From an uncultured delta proteobacterium (GTDB lineage: Bacteria > Myxococcota_A > Polyangia > Polyangiales > B10-G4), in contig CAVSGI010000021.1 in assembly GCA_963727445.1 (NCBI GenBank), positions 608,001-672,000 of the forward strand: DNA of 64,000 nucleotides, given 5' to 3'. Made by a program: the position numbers and the translations under genes. Shown here piece after piece: positions 1 to 10,136 of this stretch (position 1 is the stretch's first letter; every line of letters begins with the position of its first letter). The notes under the pieces are model-generated. The model was not told where the DNA came from. It made no database searches and was given only the letters and a program-made list of their open reading frames with translations.

Positions 1-342
1 CGCGCCGGCTACAAGGTCATCGAGCGCCGCAAGAAGCGGCGCGCCGAGCAGGACGACGCCGTGGTCGAGCGCGTCTCCGCGGACGACGACCCCGAGGAGC
101 GCGTGCATCACCGCGCGCAGCTCGCGCGCCTGCATCGCGTCCTCGACCAGCTCCCCGAATCCCAGCGCGGCGCCTTCGTCCTGGTGAACGTCGAGCGCCT
201 CTCCCACGAGGAGGCGGCCGAGTGTGAGGGCGTCTCCCTCGAGACCCTCCGCAAACGCCTCACCCGCGCCCGCGCCGAGCTCGCCCGCCGTCTCGCAGCC
301 GACCCCGAGCTGGTCTCCATGTTGAAGAAGAGGCCGGCATGA
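1..342 (+). CDS. ECF-type RNA polymerase sigma factor, C-terminal part (5' truncated by window edge)
   Basis: Frame open from base 1. Sigma region-4 pattern LDQLPESQRGAFVLVNVERLSHEEAAECEGVSLETLRKRLTRAR. ATGA overlap with the downstream FecR-like gene. Confidence 0.85.
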   Translation, partial: RAGYKVIERRKKRRAEQDDAVVERVSADDDPEERVHHRAQLARLHRVLDQLPESQRGAFVLVNVERLSHEEAAECEGVSLETLRKRLTRARAELARRLAADPELVSMLKKRPA

Positions 343-1647
343 ACGCCGACGAATCGCTGGTCGACGCCCTCGCCGAGACGCTGTCAACCGCGGAGCCAGA
401 AGCGCTCGACGAAGAAGGGGCGAGGGCGCTCGCGCGGGCGGCGGTGGCGGATTCGGAGACGGGAGACGGAGACGGACTCGGAGACGGGGACCGACCTCGT
501 CGACGCCCTCGGCGACCAGCTCGCTGCCTCCGAGCCGGAAGCACTCGATGAAGCGGAGACCCGCGCGCTCGCGACCGAGGCGATCGAGGGAGCGCAAGCC
601 GAAAAAGAGGAGCCCGGGGCGGAGGTGGTGGACCTCGAGGCCTTCCGCCATGCGCCGCTCCTCGCCGCGGCGGCGGTGATCCTCTTCGTCGTCGCGGCGG
701 CCGCCATCGCCACGCCGGCCCAGGCGCCGCCCAGCGTGCACCGCTTCGCGAGCGGCCACCGCATCGTGGCCACCCCCGGGACGCTCCTCGGGTGGGAAGA
801 GTCGGAGGCCGACCTGGCCGTGGAGCTCGGGGAGGGCGAGGCGATGTTCGACATCGATCCCGAGGCCGAGCAGAGCGTTCGCGTCCTGTCGGCGGGGATC
901 ACGGTGCGCGTGACGGGCACGGTCTTCACCGTGGCGCTTCGAAGCGGCGTGACGCAGGTGGCCGTCTTCGAGGGTCATGTCGCGATCACCGGCGCCGAAG
1001 GCCTGTCGCTGCTCTCGGCCGGAGATCGCTGGGAGGGCTCCCCCGGACGCGAGCTCTCGCGCGCGCACTTCGAACCGCGCCTCCTGGAAGAAGCCGAGTA
1101 CGCCGCCGAGCGCCGGGCGGAGTACGCCGCGCGGATCGACGACTTCGTCCCGAACCTGCCCCCGGTTCCCGATCTCGCGGCCGACGGTCGCCTCCCTCAT
1201 CGCAACGACGAAGCGGAAGGCGAATCCTCGGATGACGAGGAGTCCCCCTCCGAGACCGAGGGGTCGCGCGGCCCCGCGCCAATGCCGCGCATCGCCGACG
1301 CGCGCGCTCTGCTCACGGAGCGTCGCTACGACGAGGCGCGCGCGCTGGCCGACCGCGCCCTTCGCGGCGGGCCCAACGCAGACTGGCTGATGATCCGCGG
1401 CGACGCGCTGCGCGGCGAAGGCAGCCTCGAAGAAGCCGCGTCCGAGTACACGCGGGCCGCGCTGGTGGGTGATGGACGGGACCGCGCGGTGGCGGGGCTC
1501 TCGGCAGCGCGGATCCTCGGCCGCGAGCTCGGCCGCACCGGCCCCGCGCGCGAGGTGCTCGTCTCGAGCGGGGCCCTCGGCGCGTCCTCGCCGGTCCAGT
1601 CGCAAGCAGAAGCGCTGGCGCGCGAGCTCGGTATCGTGATTCCTTGA
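339..1647 (+). CDS. FecR-domain anti-sigma factor with TM helix and C-terminal TPR-like helices (one +1 frameshift near 452-463)
   Basis: ORFs 339..551 and 625..1647 join if one base is removed. TM segment LLAAAAVILFVVAAAAIA; FecR-like VELGEGEAMFDI...VRVTGTVFTV...VAVFEGHV; TPR-like RRYDEARALA...RGDALRGEG. Directly follows the ECF sigma. Confidence 0.75.
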
Positions 1648-1651
1648 GTCG

Positions 1652-2645
1652 ATGTTGGGTCGACCCGGCACCGAGAGGCTCGCCGCTGTCTTCTTCGCGG
1701 CCCTCGCCGTGGCAGGGGGGCCCGCGCGCGCCTTCGCCCAGGAGGAGCTGATCCTCTCCGTGCCCGAAGAGACGCCCGAGCGCGCCGTCTCGGCCTTGTT
1801 GGTGGAGCTTCAACTGACCGGCCACGCGCCGGTGGTGATGAAGCGCCCCCGCGGAGCCCGGGGCGAGGTGCTCGAGCCCTTCGCTCACACCGGGGCCGCC
1901 CGCGCCGTGGTGATCGAGCGAAACGGCCGGATGGTGATCGCGGATCGCGACGGTCCGATCGCCGAGGCGGTGCTGGACGAAGGCCTCGCACGCATCCATC
2001 CCCGCGTGCTCGCCATGGTCTGTGCGGATTCTCGCGACGCAGGTGCGACCCCCTCACCCCGCCGAGCCCGCGCCTTCCGTCGCGGAGCCCGTGGATCTGC
2101 CGCGCGTCCGTCTCCTCGACCCCGTCGATGCGCTCTCCGCGCCTGTCGTGACCGGCCCGAGCGGCGCCCTCGCCGCGCCCGAGGTGCGCCGTGACGCGGC
2201 GACGGCAGAGGCTCAAACGCCGCCGCCCGAGGAGCCGCGCACGCCGTTCCCCGATTGGCTGCGCATCCTCACCGAGATCAGCTTCGGGTTCGCGGGCTCG
2301 GCGGTGCTCGGGATCCCCGCGGCCCTCGCGACCGACGCCGCCGGAGCGCCTGGCTACGCCGGCGGCTGGCTCTATGGATTCGCTGCGGCGGGGCCCATCG
2401 GCTACGCGATCGGCGCCTGGCTCGGTGGCCTCCTCGCTGGGGGCGACGGCAATTTCTGGTGGACGCTTCTCGGCGGCTTCGTGGGCGGGCTGGTCGCGGG
2501 CGGGCTCCTCCTCGCGGGTCGGGCGGTGGACGACGATCCCACCGATGGCGTCGACCCGGGCTTCACGCTGCTCGGCGCCGTGGCCCTCTTCGCCGCACCG
2601 ACGACGCTGTCCATCCTGGGCTACGAGCTGAGCTCGAGCGAGTGA
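1652..2645 (+). CDS. Exported/membrane hypothetical protein, third gene of the ECF-FecR operon (frameshift at GATTC 2027-2031)
   Basis: Signal peptide ending ARAFA-Q. Removing one T joins 1652..2194 to 2022..2645 (MVCADLATQVR). Pro-rich linker followed by Gly-rich hydrophobic C-terminal helices. Confidence 0.65.
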
Positions 2646-3200
2646 TCACGGTTCCGATTCGGGGGCTTCGTCTCCCGTCGCGTCTTCCTCCGCCTCCGTC
2701 GTCTCTTCGCCTGCCGCTTCACCGGCGAGGAGCGCCTCGACCTCGGCGAAGCGTTCGTTGGGCACGGTGATCGCCAGGTTGTAGTGGACGATTCGGTACC
2801 GACCATCCTCGCCGAGGCGGAGCACGCCCGAGCCGCGGGATGGGCCCAGGCCCTCGGTGTCGAGGTCCTCGTCGAACCACGCGATGCGGGCGTCTCGCGA
2901 GAAGCGGACGGCGCGGCGCGTGGGGTGGAAGACCCACGCCTTTCCTCGTGCGAAGTGGGGGTGTGCGTAGGCGCGAAGCTGATCGACGGTCCAACGCTCG
3001 GTGGCGTCGGTGCCCATGAAGATCCCCTCCGTGTCGAAGTGCGAGAAGTAGCGCTCCTCGTCCGCCTCCGCCGCGGCGCGATGCCAGTCGTCGAGGACCT
3101 CGTTCACGGCGCGTTCTGCTTCCGAGAGCTCGGCGGAGGTCGCCGTCCGAGCCGCATTCGCGCCGCAACCGGAGAGGAGGAGGAGGATCAAGGCGCGCAT
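2646..3200 (-). CDS. SnoaL/NTF2-like lipoprotein
   Basis: ATG at 3200, lipobox LSGC; VLDDWHRAAAEADEERYFSHF...GTDATERW...AWFDEDL...RGSGVL...HYNL is typical of the SnoaL_3/NTF2 family. Confidence 0.8.
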   Translation of the reverse strand: MRALILLLLSGCGANAARTATSAELSEAERAVNEVLDDWHRAAAEADEERYFSHFDTEGIFMGTDATERWTVDQLRAYAHPHFARGKAWVFHPTRRAVRFSRDARIAWFDEDLDTEGLGPSRGSGVLRLGEDGRYRIVHYNLAITVPNERFAEVEALLAGEAAGEETTEAEEDATGDEAPESEP

Positions 3201-4198
3201 TCTGGCTCCGCAGCGTAGAAGTGAATGGGTGACGCGACGAACTCGCTGGTGGTGTAGTAGCCGCGCCCGTCGGGCGCCCACGCGATCCCTTCGCCCTGCA
3301 TCTCGAAGGCGGCGGGGAGGCTGAAGGGCGTCGTGCCGAGCGCGTCCGCCACCGAGCCGCCCGCGGGCCGGAGGAAGAGAAGGACGGCGGAATAGGTGCG
3401 CACCAAGAGCGCCCGACCGTCGACCGAGAGATCGGCTGCGGTCACCAGCGGGCCTCCCGGCGTCGCGCCCGGACCGAAGAGGAGCATGCCGACCCGCTCC
3501 AGAGTGATGGTGGCGCCGCCGAGCGGCGCGCGCGCGACGTAGAGCTCGCTCATCCCATCGTTGTCCTTGGTCAGCAGAAAGAGGTCGCCGCTGTCCGGAT
3601 CCACCATCAAGGCCTCGCAGTCGTGAGGCCCCGCGGGATAGACGAGGGGGATCGCCACCACCGAGCCCAGATCCACCGTCACGGCGGCCTGGTCGCGCGT
3701 CACCGCCGGTTCGGGCACCTGGTAGACCACCACCGTCGCGCGTCCCACGCCGGTGTCGCGCGCGTCGTTGTCGCCGATGTCGCCCACGTAGATGTAGTCG
3801 CGACCCGGCTCGGGGCCCGGGCCGATGGCGATGTCTTCCCAATCGACGTTCGTCGCGCCCGTCAGTCGGTATTCGCCGAGGTTCGTCCCGTCGGTCCGGA
3901 GCGCGAAGATCCGCGCCAGATCGCCCGAGTCGTTGTGCACCCAGAGCACGTCTTCGGCGGAGCGGCTCGCCGCGACGCCCGACACCTCGTCGAGGTCGGG
4001 GTTTTCGGCGTTGCCGACGACGACGGCGTCGGCGAAGGCGGTGCAGGGCGCGCCGCCCGCGTCGTCCGGGGTCGCGTCGCTCGCTCCATCCATCATCGCG
4101 TCCGCCACCCCCGAGTCGACGATCAAGGCGTCGTGGCAGCCAAGTGAAGCGAAGAGGAGAGCGAGAGCGAGCACCCGGATGGCAGGGTGGCCAATCAT
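3188..4198 (-). CDS. Lipoprotein with beta-propeller (SdiA-regulated/phytase-like esterase family)
   Basis: Lipobox SLGC; motifs EVSGVAAS, WVHNDSG, DWEDIA, YVGDIGDN, DCEAL, QGEGIAW, YYTTSE. Confidence 0.75.
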   Translation of the reverse strand: MIGHPAIRVLALALLFASLGCHDALIVDSGVADAMMDGASDATPDDAGGAPCTAFADAVVVGNAENPDLDEVSGVAASRSAEDVLWVHNDSGDLARIFALRTDGTNLGEYRLTGATNVDWEDIAIGPGPEPGRDYIYVGDIGDNDARDTGVGRATVVVYQVPEPAVTRDQAAVTVDLGSVVAIPLVYPAGPHDCEALMVDPDSGDLFLLTKDNDGMSELYVARAPLGGATITLERVGMLLFGPGATPGGPLVTAADLSVDGRALLVRTYSAVLLFLRPAGGSVADALGTTPFSLPAAFEMQGEGIAWAPDGRGYYTTSEFVASPIHFYAAEPECAP

Positions 4199-4205
4199 CG
4201 CCGCC

Positions 4206-4215
4206 AGCTTACAAT
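4206..4215. promoter_or_regulatory. Overlapping divergent -10 hexamers (TACAAT on +, TAAGCT on -)
   Basis: In the 25-bp gap between two divergent start codons (4198 - and 4224 +). Each hexamer lies 7-8 nt from its ATG and no SD is present. Confidence 0.55.
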
Positions 4216-4223
4216 GCCGCCCC

Positions 4224-5327
4224 ATGCGCCGCATCGCCGCCATCGACTGGATGCGAGGTTTCGTGATGGTCCTGATGGCCATCGACCATGCTTCGCTGAT
4301 GTTGAACGGCGGCCGGGTCTCCCATGACTCGGCGGCGAGCTTCGTCGCGGGGACCGCCCTGCCGCCCGCGCAGTTCTTCACCCGCTGGATCACCCACCTC
4401 TGCGCGCCCACCTTCGTCTTCCTCGCCGGCACCGCCATCGCCATCAGCACCAAGCGCCGCCACGCCCGCGGGATGAGCGCCTGGGACATCGACCGCGACC
4501 TCCTGATCCGTGGCGCCTTCATCGCGCTCCTCGACCTGACGGTCATGTCGAGCCTCGCCGGCTTCACCATCCTGCAGGTGCTCTACGCGATCGGCGTCAG
4601 CATGATGCTGATGGTTCCGCTGCGCCGCATCGGTCCCAAGGCGCTCTTCGTGCTCGCGATCTCCTGGTTCGTCTGCGGTGAGTGGATCACAGGGCTGTTC
4701 TGGGACCCGGCCCACGGCGGCGACGAGCCGCTCTGGGTGAATCTCACCTTCGCGCCGCTCTTCCGCGAGGGACTGGTCATCCCCTATCCCTTCGTGCCGT
4801 GGCTCGCGATGATGATGCTCGGCTGGGTCTTCGGCGAGTGGATGGTCTCCGTTCGCGAAGAAGAGGGGAGCGAAGCGAAGATCCGGCGCGTCCTGTTCAT
4901 CGGCGGCCTGATCAGCCTCGGGATCTTCGCCGTCGTGCGCGGCCTCGATGGATACGGGAACATGTTCCTACACCGCGAGAGCGGCTCGCTCGTGCAGTGG
5001 CTCCACGTGAGCAAGTACCCTCCCTCCCTCGCCTTCGTGACACTCGAGCTCGGCCTGATGGCGCTCTGCCTGTCGGCGATGATGAAGCTCGAGCCGATCC
5101 TCGGCGTGCGTGACAACGGGCCCATCCTCGTCTACGGCCAGACAGCGCTCTTCTTCTACATCCTTCACTTCCTGATGCTCGGCGGCTCTCGGGCCTTCGT
5201 GCCGCGCGGGGGTCTCGAGATGGCGTACCTCGGTGCCCTCACGGTGCTGGTGATCCTCTACCCGCTCTGCCTCGGTTTCCGCGCGCTCAAACGGAAACAT
5301 CCGACGAGCCTCTTGCGATTCATCTGA
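4224..5327 (+). CDS. DUF1624 / heparan-alpha-glucosaminide N-acetyltransferase-like integral membrane protein
   Basis: RIAAIDWMRGFVMVLMAIDH, TRWITHLCAPTFVFLAG, SKYPPSL, FFYILH; multiple TM helices. Confidence 0.85.
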   Translation: MRRIAAIDWMRGFVMVLMAIDHASLMLNGGRVSHDSAASFVAGTALPPAQFFTRWITHLCAPTFVFLAGTAIAISTKRRHARGMSAWDIDRDLLIRGAFIALLDLTVMSSLAGFTILQVLYAIGVSMMLMVPLRRIGPKALFVLAISWFVCGEWITGLFWDPAHGGDEPLWVNLTFAPLFREGLVIPYPFVPWLAMMMLGWVFGEWMVSVREEEGSEAKIRRVLFIGGLISLGIFAVVRGLDGYGNMFLHRESGSLVQWLHVSKYPPSLAFVTLELGLMALCLSAMMKLEPILGVRDNGPILVYGQTALFFYILHFLMLGGSRAFVPRGGLEMAYLGALTVLVILYPLCLGFRALKRKHPTSLLRFI

Positions 5328-5416
5328 CGCGCCGCGCAAACGGACACTGCCAGCGCAATCGTGCACGCCACGTCCAACATTTCCCGTTTGGCGCGCGACC
5401 GGGGCATAATGGGTGG

Positions 5417-6595
5417 ATGCGTCGTTTCCTACTCTTGCCGCTGCTCACCTCTCTCCTCTTCGTCGGCTGCGATTGCGGCGGAGGTGACGACCCGGACGGC
5501 GGGGGCATGGACGTCAGCACCGACGGGCCGACCGGGGACGTGAGCAGTGACGTGAGCGCAGATGCACCCACCGGCGACACCTCGGTCCGCCCCGACGGGG
5601 CCGCCTGTGGTGCCACAGGCACCTCGTGCGCCATGGCCACCGACTGCTGTTCGAACAGCTGCGTCGACACAGGGGGGGCGGACTGCGCGGGCGGCGGCGG
5701 GTGCATGTGCGCGCCGCGGGGCGCCTGCACCCCGGCCGGGATGGCGTGTGATCGCGACTCGGACTGCTGCAACAACCTCTGCTCGGACGGCACTTGCGCC
5801 GAGGTCGGGGCCTGCTCCACCCAGGGCGAGCCCTGCTCGACCGAGGGTCTCAGCGGCTCCTGCTGCTCCACGGTCTGTCTCGACAACGGTGACGGACCAC
5901 GCTGTCAGTTCCTCGGTGGCTGCCGCGTGCAGGACGACCTCTGCACCAGCGACGCCCAGTGCTGTTCGGGCGCGTGCAACGTCGATGGGATGACCTCGGA
6001 CGGACGCGAGATCCGCCGCTGCGCCAACGTCGAGTCGTGCCTCCCCGCCGGCGAGGTCTGCGGCGAGGGCGGCGCCAGCTCCAACTGCTGCCCCAACGGC
6101 GGCGGCGACACCGGCTGCGAGCCGACCACCACCGGCTTCCGGCGCTGCCTCGGCGGTGACGGGACCTGTACGCTCCCCGGCCGTCCATGCATGGACACCT
6201 CGGAGTGCTGCATGGACGCCTTCCCGGCGATCATGTGTCAGCCCGGACCGAGCGGCGACAACATCTGCTGCCTCGACGACGGAGAGGAGTGTGCGCTCGG
6301 CGACGTGTGCTGTAGCGGCGTCTGCGCACCCGATCCCGCCGACGGTGTCCTGCGCTGTGGCGCGATGTGCATCCCCGATGGAAGCGCCTGCACCACCGAC
6401 GCCGACTGCTGCGGCTGCGGCTGCATCGACGACGGGATGGGCGGTCAGGTCTGCACCAGCGACGCGACGCTCTGCGACCCCTGCACCGGCCCGAGTCTCG
6501 GCGAGTTCTGTGACCCTGCGGGTGAGGCCTGCTGCAACGCCCCCGCCGTGACCTGTCAGGGCATCGAGTTCACCACCTGTCAGATCGCTCCCTGA
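5417..6595 (+). CDS. Cys-rich lipoprotein with repeated GxxCxxxxxCCxxxC modules
   Basis: Lipobox FVGC, Asp/Gly linker, then about nine CC-containing modules (e.g. GTSCAMATDCCSNSC, GMACDRDSDCCNNLC, DDLCTSDAQCCSGAC). Confidence 0.8.
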   Translation: MRRFLLLPLLTSLLFVGCDCGGGDDPDGGGMDVSTDGPTGDVSSDVSADAPTGDTSVRPDGAACGATGTSCAMATDCCSNSCVDTGGADCAGGGGCMCAPRGACTPAGMACDRDSDCCNNLCSDGTCAEVGACSTQGEPCSTEGLSGSCCSTVCLDNGDGPRCQFLGGCRVQDDLCTSDAQCCSGACNVDGMTSDGREIRRCANVESCLPAGEVCGEGGASSNCCPNGGGDTGCEPTTTGFRRCLGGDGTCTLPGRPCMDTSECCMDAFPAIMCQPGPSGDNICCLDDGEECALGDVCCSGVCAPDPADGVLRCGAMCIPDGSACTTDADCCGCGCIDDGMGGQVCTSDATLCDPCTGPSLGEFCDPAGEACCNAPAVTCQGIEFTTCQIAP

Positions 6596-6617
6596 CCGAC
6601 GTAGTATCCTTCTGAGG

Positions 6618-8825
6618 ATGGTGCGATCCCTTTGCGCGCTCGGCCTCCTCGTCGTGCTCCTCGCGGGCTGCGGCGACGAGGCCACGCTCTTGCTCGTCGA
6701 CGTTCGCACGGACTTCGTGGTCGGCGTCGAGTTCGACCGGGTGCATGTCACCGCCATGCAGGCGGACGGCGCTGCACGCATCGTGGACACCGACGCGGAT
6801 CCGGCCGCCTCCTGGGGACGGGGCGTGCGGGTCGCAGAGGTGGAGGGGCTCACCAAAGGCCGCGTCGAGCTGACGGTCGAGCTGCGTCGTGGCCCGCTGA
6901 CCGTGGCGGAGCGACCCATCGTCGTCAGCCTCAGCGGCCAGACCGCGATCACCGTTCCAATCGCTCGCTCCTGCGCCTCGGTGGTCTGCCCGTCGGCGGG
7001 CGGAGACCCGGCGGCCACCGCCTGCCACGGCGGGTTGTGTGTCGATCCGCGCTGCACCGAAGAGACGCAGGAGTACTGCGGTGACCCCGCCTGTACGGCG
7101 GCATCGGACTGTCCCCCGCCCGGCGGCGCCTGCGCGGTCGCGCAGTGCAGCGGCGGCGTCTGCCTCGAGGAGAGCGACGCGACGGCTTGCGGAACGGACG
7201 AGTACTGCGACCCGGACGTCGGCTGCAGGGCGACACCCACGGCCAGCGACGGTGGTCCCCCGGACGGCGCGCTCGATGGTGGGATGGACGCGGGGCCCGA
7301 TGGTGCGATGGATTCCGGGTTCGATGGCGCGATGGATTCCGGGCTCGACGCGGACTCAGCCACCGACAGCGGCGTCGCCGTCGAGTGCATGACCGGCGCG
7401 GGCGCCGTCTTCGTCTCAGCGCTGGTGGGGGACGACGTGACCGGGGCCGGCACCCGCGTCTCGCCCCTGGCGACGATCTCCGCCGGTCTCGCCGCCGCGG
7501 TCGCCGCTTCGGACACGGCGGTGTGCGTGGGACGAGGAGACTATGCGGAGGCGGTGGAGCTCGTCGAAGGTGTGAGTCTCTACGGGGGCTTCCAGTGCAA
7601 CTCGGGCGGCTGCTCCTGGACACGAGATGTCACGACCTACGAGTCCCGGATCATCGGTGTGGACACGAACGGCGTCCATGCCGGCGCGACGATCACTCGA
7701 GCGACGCTCCTCGATGGCTTCACCATGATCGGCATGGACGCGGAGCTCGGCCTCCTGGAGCACTCCGCGGCGTTCTCCATCGAATCGGGAACGCCGGTGA
7801 TCACCAACAATCGAATCGAGGGCGGCGACGTGACCGGCACCGCCGCGTACACCTCGACCGCGGCGCTGTCGCTGGTCGGCGCATCGAACGCCCCCGAGGG
7901 CGCGCTCATCCAGGACAACGTGATCATCGGCGGCAGCTCTGCCTCTTCCGCCTCCTACGCTGTGGAAAGCTCCCCGCGTGGCAGCCCGCCGACGCTGGTG
8001 CTGGTGCACAACGACGTGCGTGGGGGGGACGGCGGATTCGTCCGCGCGGTCTCCGCGGAGGGAACCGCGCCTGGGAGCCGCTGCGAGGACAACACGATCT
8101 CGGCGGGCTCCGCAGGACCCACCGGAGGAAGCTTCGCCCTCGGCGGCGCCGGAACGATCACCATCGCCCGCAATCGGATCAACCTCGGCAGTGCGGTCGG
8201 CACGTGTCCGGCGTCCGTCCCGGGCTTCTGCGGCGGAGTCTCCCTGGACGGGGCAGAGGCGACCCTCATCAACAACGTCATCCACGGCATGGACGCGCCG
8301 CGAAGCGTGGCGCTCCGTCTGGACAATGAAGAAGTCGCCTTCTCGGAGGTGGTCGTCAACGGCAACACCCTCGACGGCGGCGGCACGTCCGGGTCCGCGG
8401 TGACGACTGCCATCCTCATCGAGAACCTCATGGACGGCGATGCCGTGGTGGGCCGGTTTCGGAACAACATCCTGCTCGGTGGAAACGGGGCGAGCCGCTA
8501 TGCGATCTACGAGGCAGACGCGCCCGCCGGCGTCACCGTGACGCCTGCCGCCGTCGAGAACAACGACATGTTCTCCGTCGACGTCGCCCATCGCCGATGG
8601 ACGGGCGCCGAGGTGCTCTTGATGGCGCCCAGCGACGTGAACGCCCAGCCCTGGGGCGCCGCCAATTTCGGCGTCGACCCGATGCTCGACGCGACGTTCC
8701 ACCTGATGCCGGGCTCGGGCTGCATCGACCAGGGCACGCCCACCGACGCGCCCTCCGACGATTTCGATGGAGAGGTGCGGCCCCAGGGATTTGCCTTCGA
8801 CGTGGGCGCCGATGAGGCGGGATGA
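6618..8825 (+). CDS. Lipoprotein with Cys-rich region and right-handed parallel beta-helix (DUF1565/pectin-lyase-like fold, choice-of-anchor-Q-like C-terminus)
   Basis: Lipobox LAGC; VFVSALVGDD...GTRVSPLATISAGL; ITNNRI/IQDNVI/LINNVI rungs; C-terminal FHLMPGSGCIDQG...DFDGEVRPQG..FDVGADE. Confidence 0.75.
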   Translation: MVRSLCALGLLVVLLAGCGDEATLLLVDVRTDFVVGVEFDRVHVTAMQADGAARIVDTDADPAASWGRGVRVAEVEGLTKGRVELTVELRRGPLTVAERPIVVSLSGQTAITVPIARSCASVVCPSAGGDPAATACHGGLCVDPRCTEETQEYCGDPACTAASDCPPPGGACAVAQCSGGVCLEESDATACGTDEYCDPDVGCRATPTASDGGPPDGALDGGMDAGPDGAMDSGFDGAMDSGLDADSATDSGVAVECMTGAGAVFVSALVGDDVTGAGTRVSPLATISAGLAAAVAASDTAVCVGRGDYAEAVELVEGVSLYGGFQCNSGGCSWTRDVTTYESRIIGVDTNGVHAGATITRATLLDGFTMIGMDAELGLLEHSAAFSIESGTPVITNNRIEGGDVTGTAAYTSTAALSLVGASNAPEGALIQDNVIIGGSSASSASYAVESSPRGSPPTLVLVHNDVRGGDGGFVRAVSAEGTAPGSRCEDNTISAGSAGPTGGSFALGGAGTITIARNRINLGSAVGTCPASVPGFCGGVSLDGAEATLINNVIHGMDAPRSVALRLDNEEVAFSEVVVNGNTLDGGGTSGSAVTTAILIENLMDGDAVVGRFRNNILLGGNGASRYAIYEADAPAGVTVTPAAVENNDMFSVDVAHRRWTGAEVLLMAPSDVNAQPWGAANFGVDPMLDATFHLMPGSGCIDQGTPTDAPSDDFDGEVRPQGFAFDVGADEAG
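7299..7346 (+). repeat. 24-bp tandem duplication (DGAMDSGF/DGAMDSGL) in the Asp-Gly linker
   Basis: gatggtgcgatggattccgggttc followed by gatggcgcgatggattccgggctc. Confidence 0.8.
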
Positions 8826-8937
8826 CCGCTCGGGACCGACCTTAATCTGGCCGGTGCACCGCCCAGGGTGGCACGAGCTGCGGACTCGCGGATGAGGCCC
8901 CCGGCCCGTCGGTCGCGCGAATCGCGCGTTTCGACTC

Positions 8938-10050
8938 GTGGAGCCGGTGGCTCAGAACGTGCTTCGTAAGCGCGGCGTGACCGTTTCGCTCCGGACCCTG
9001 ATGGTGCTCTCCATGCTGCCCCTCTGGGCCTGTTCTACCGTCGATCCCGTGGAGACTGGCCGCGGGCCAGGGGACGCGGGGGAGGCGGACGCCGCGGCGG
9101 CGGACGCGGCCGTACCAGACGCCATGCCCGCCGACGCCGAAGTGCCCCCATGCCCCTGCTTCCTCGGCGACGGCCCCTACTGTGCCGCCCGCGCGCGCGA
9201 CCTCGCCGCAGCCGAGGGCTGTGAGCTGCCCCTCGCCGAGGAGCACCCCGACGCCCTCCTGTCGTGCGCTTCCGACGCGTGGGAGGTGGCGGACGACTGT
9301 CCGGGGGAATGCACCTACGGCGCTCCGGGCGAGCTCGACGACGCGTGCGTGCTTCCGGTCTGCGACTGCTTCGTGCTCGAAGCCTGGTGCGGCTCCGGCG
9401 CGCAGGAGGTCGCCGATGGGCGTCACTGCCGCATCCCGCTCCTGCCCGAGCACGAAAACGACATCCTCTACTGTCCAGGCGGTGAGTGGACGGTGAAGCA
9501 GACCTGTGACAACGGCTGCATCTCCGCGCCGACGGGGACGCCCGACAGCTGTCGGGGCAGCTCGGATTACTCCATGCCCTTCGCCTGCGGCGCGTCCGTG
9601 CGTTGTTCGAGCGGCAACCACACCTCGAATCACAGCGGCATGGACGAGTACGCCTACGACTGGGCGGTGCCTCGGGGCACGGTCGCGCGCGCGATGCGAG
9701 GGGGGCGGGTGATACGCGTCCGCAACGTCTCGCCTCCGGGCAGTCACTGCTACGACGGCGGCGGCAGCGAGTGCGCGAATCTGGCGAACACGGTCGAGGT
9801 CCGGCACCCCGACGGGACCATTGGCCTCTACATGCACCTGAACCGCGGCACGGTGAGCGTCGGAGACCGAGTGGCAGAGGGTGATCCCATCGGCCGGACG
9901 GGCACCTCCGGCTGGAGCACCGGTCCGCACCTGCACGTGCAGGTGCAGCGGAACTGCGGCATCTGGTGGTGTCAGTCCATTCCTTTCCGCTTTGCCGAGA
10001 AGAGGACGGTTCGCACCGGCGACACCGTGACCTCGGAAAACTGCCACTGA
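8938..10050 (+). CDS. M23-family metallopeptidase lipoprotein with two N-terminal Cys-rich repeats (true start probably between about 8977 and 9001)
   Basis: Lipobox-like LWAC; H-x(n)-D motif HSGMDEYAYD; YMHL; GTSGWSTGPHLHVQ (HxH). Confidence 0.85.
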   Translation: MEPVAQNVLRKRGVTVSLRTLMVLSMLPLWACSTVDPVETGRGPGDAGEADAAAADAAVPDAMPADAEVPPCPCFLGDGPYCAARARDLAAAEGCELPLAEEHPDALLSCASDAWEVADDCPGECTYGAPGELDDACVLPVCDCFVLEAWCGSGAQEVADGRHCRIPLLPEHENDILYCPGGEWTVKQTCDNGCISAPTGTPDSCRGSSDYSMPFACGASVRCSSGNHTSNHSGMDEYAYDWAVPRGTVARAMRGGRVIRVRNVSPPGSHCYDGGGSECANLANTVEVRHPDGTIGLYMHLNRGTVSVGDRVAEGDPIGRTGTSGWSTGPHLHVQVQRNCGIWWCQSIPFRFAEKRTVRTGDTVTSENCH

Positions 10051-10136
10051 CCGCGGGCGCTCATGGAGTATCGTCCCTGGGTGCTCTCGGGCGACAGGCG
10101 GGTGTTCATCGTCGGGCAGCTGGGACCGTGAACGAG

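Noticed and set aside
8868..8885. TGGCACG as a sigma54 promoter for the M23 gene
   Set aside because: No GC dinucleotide at the required GG-N10-GC spacing.
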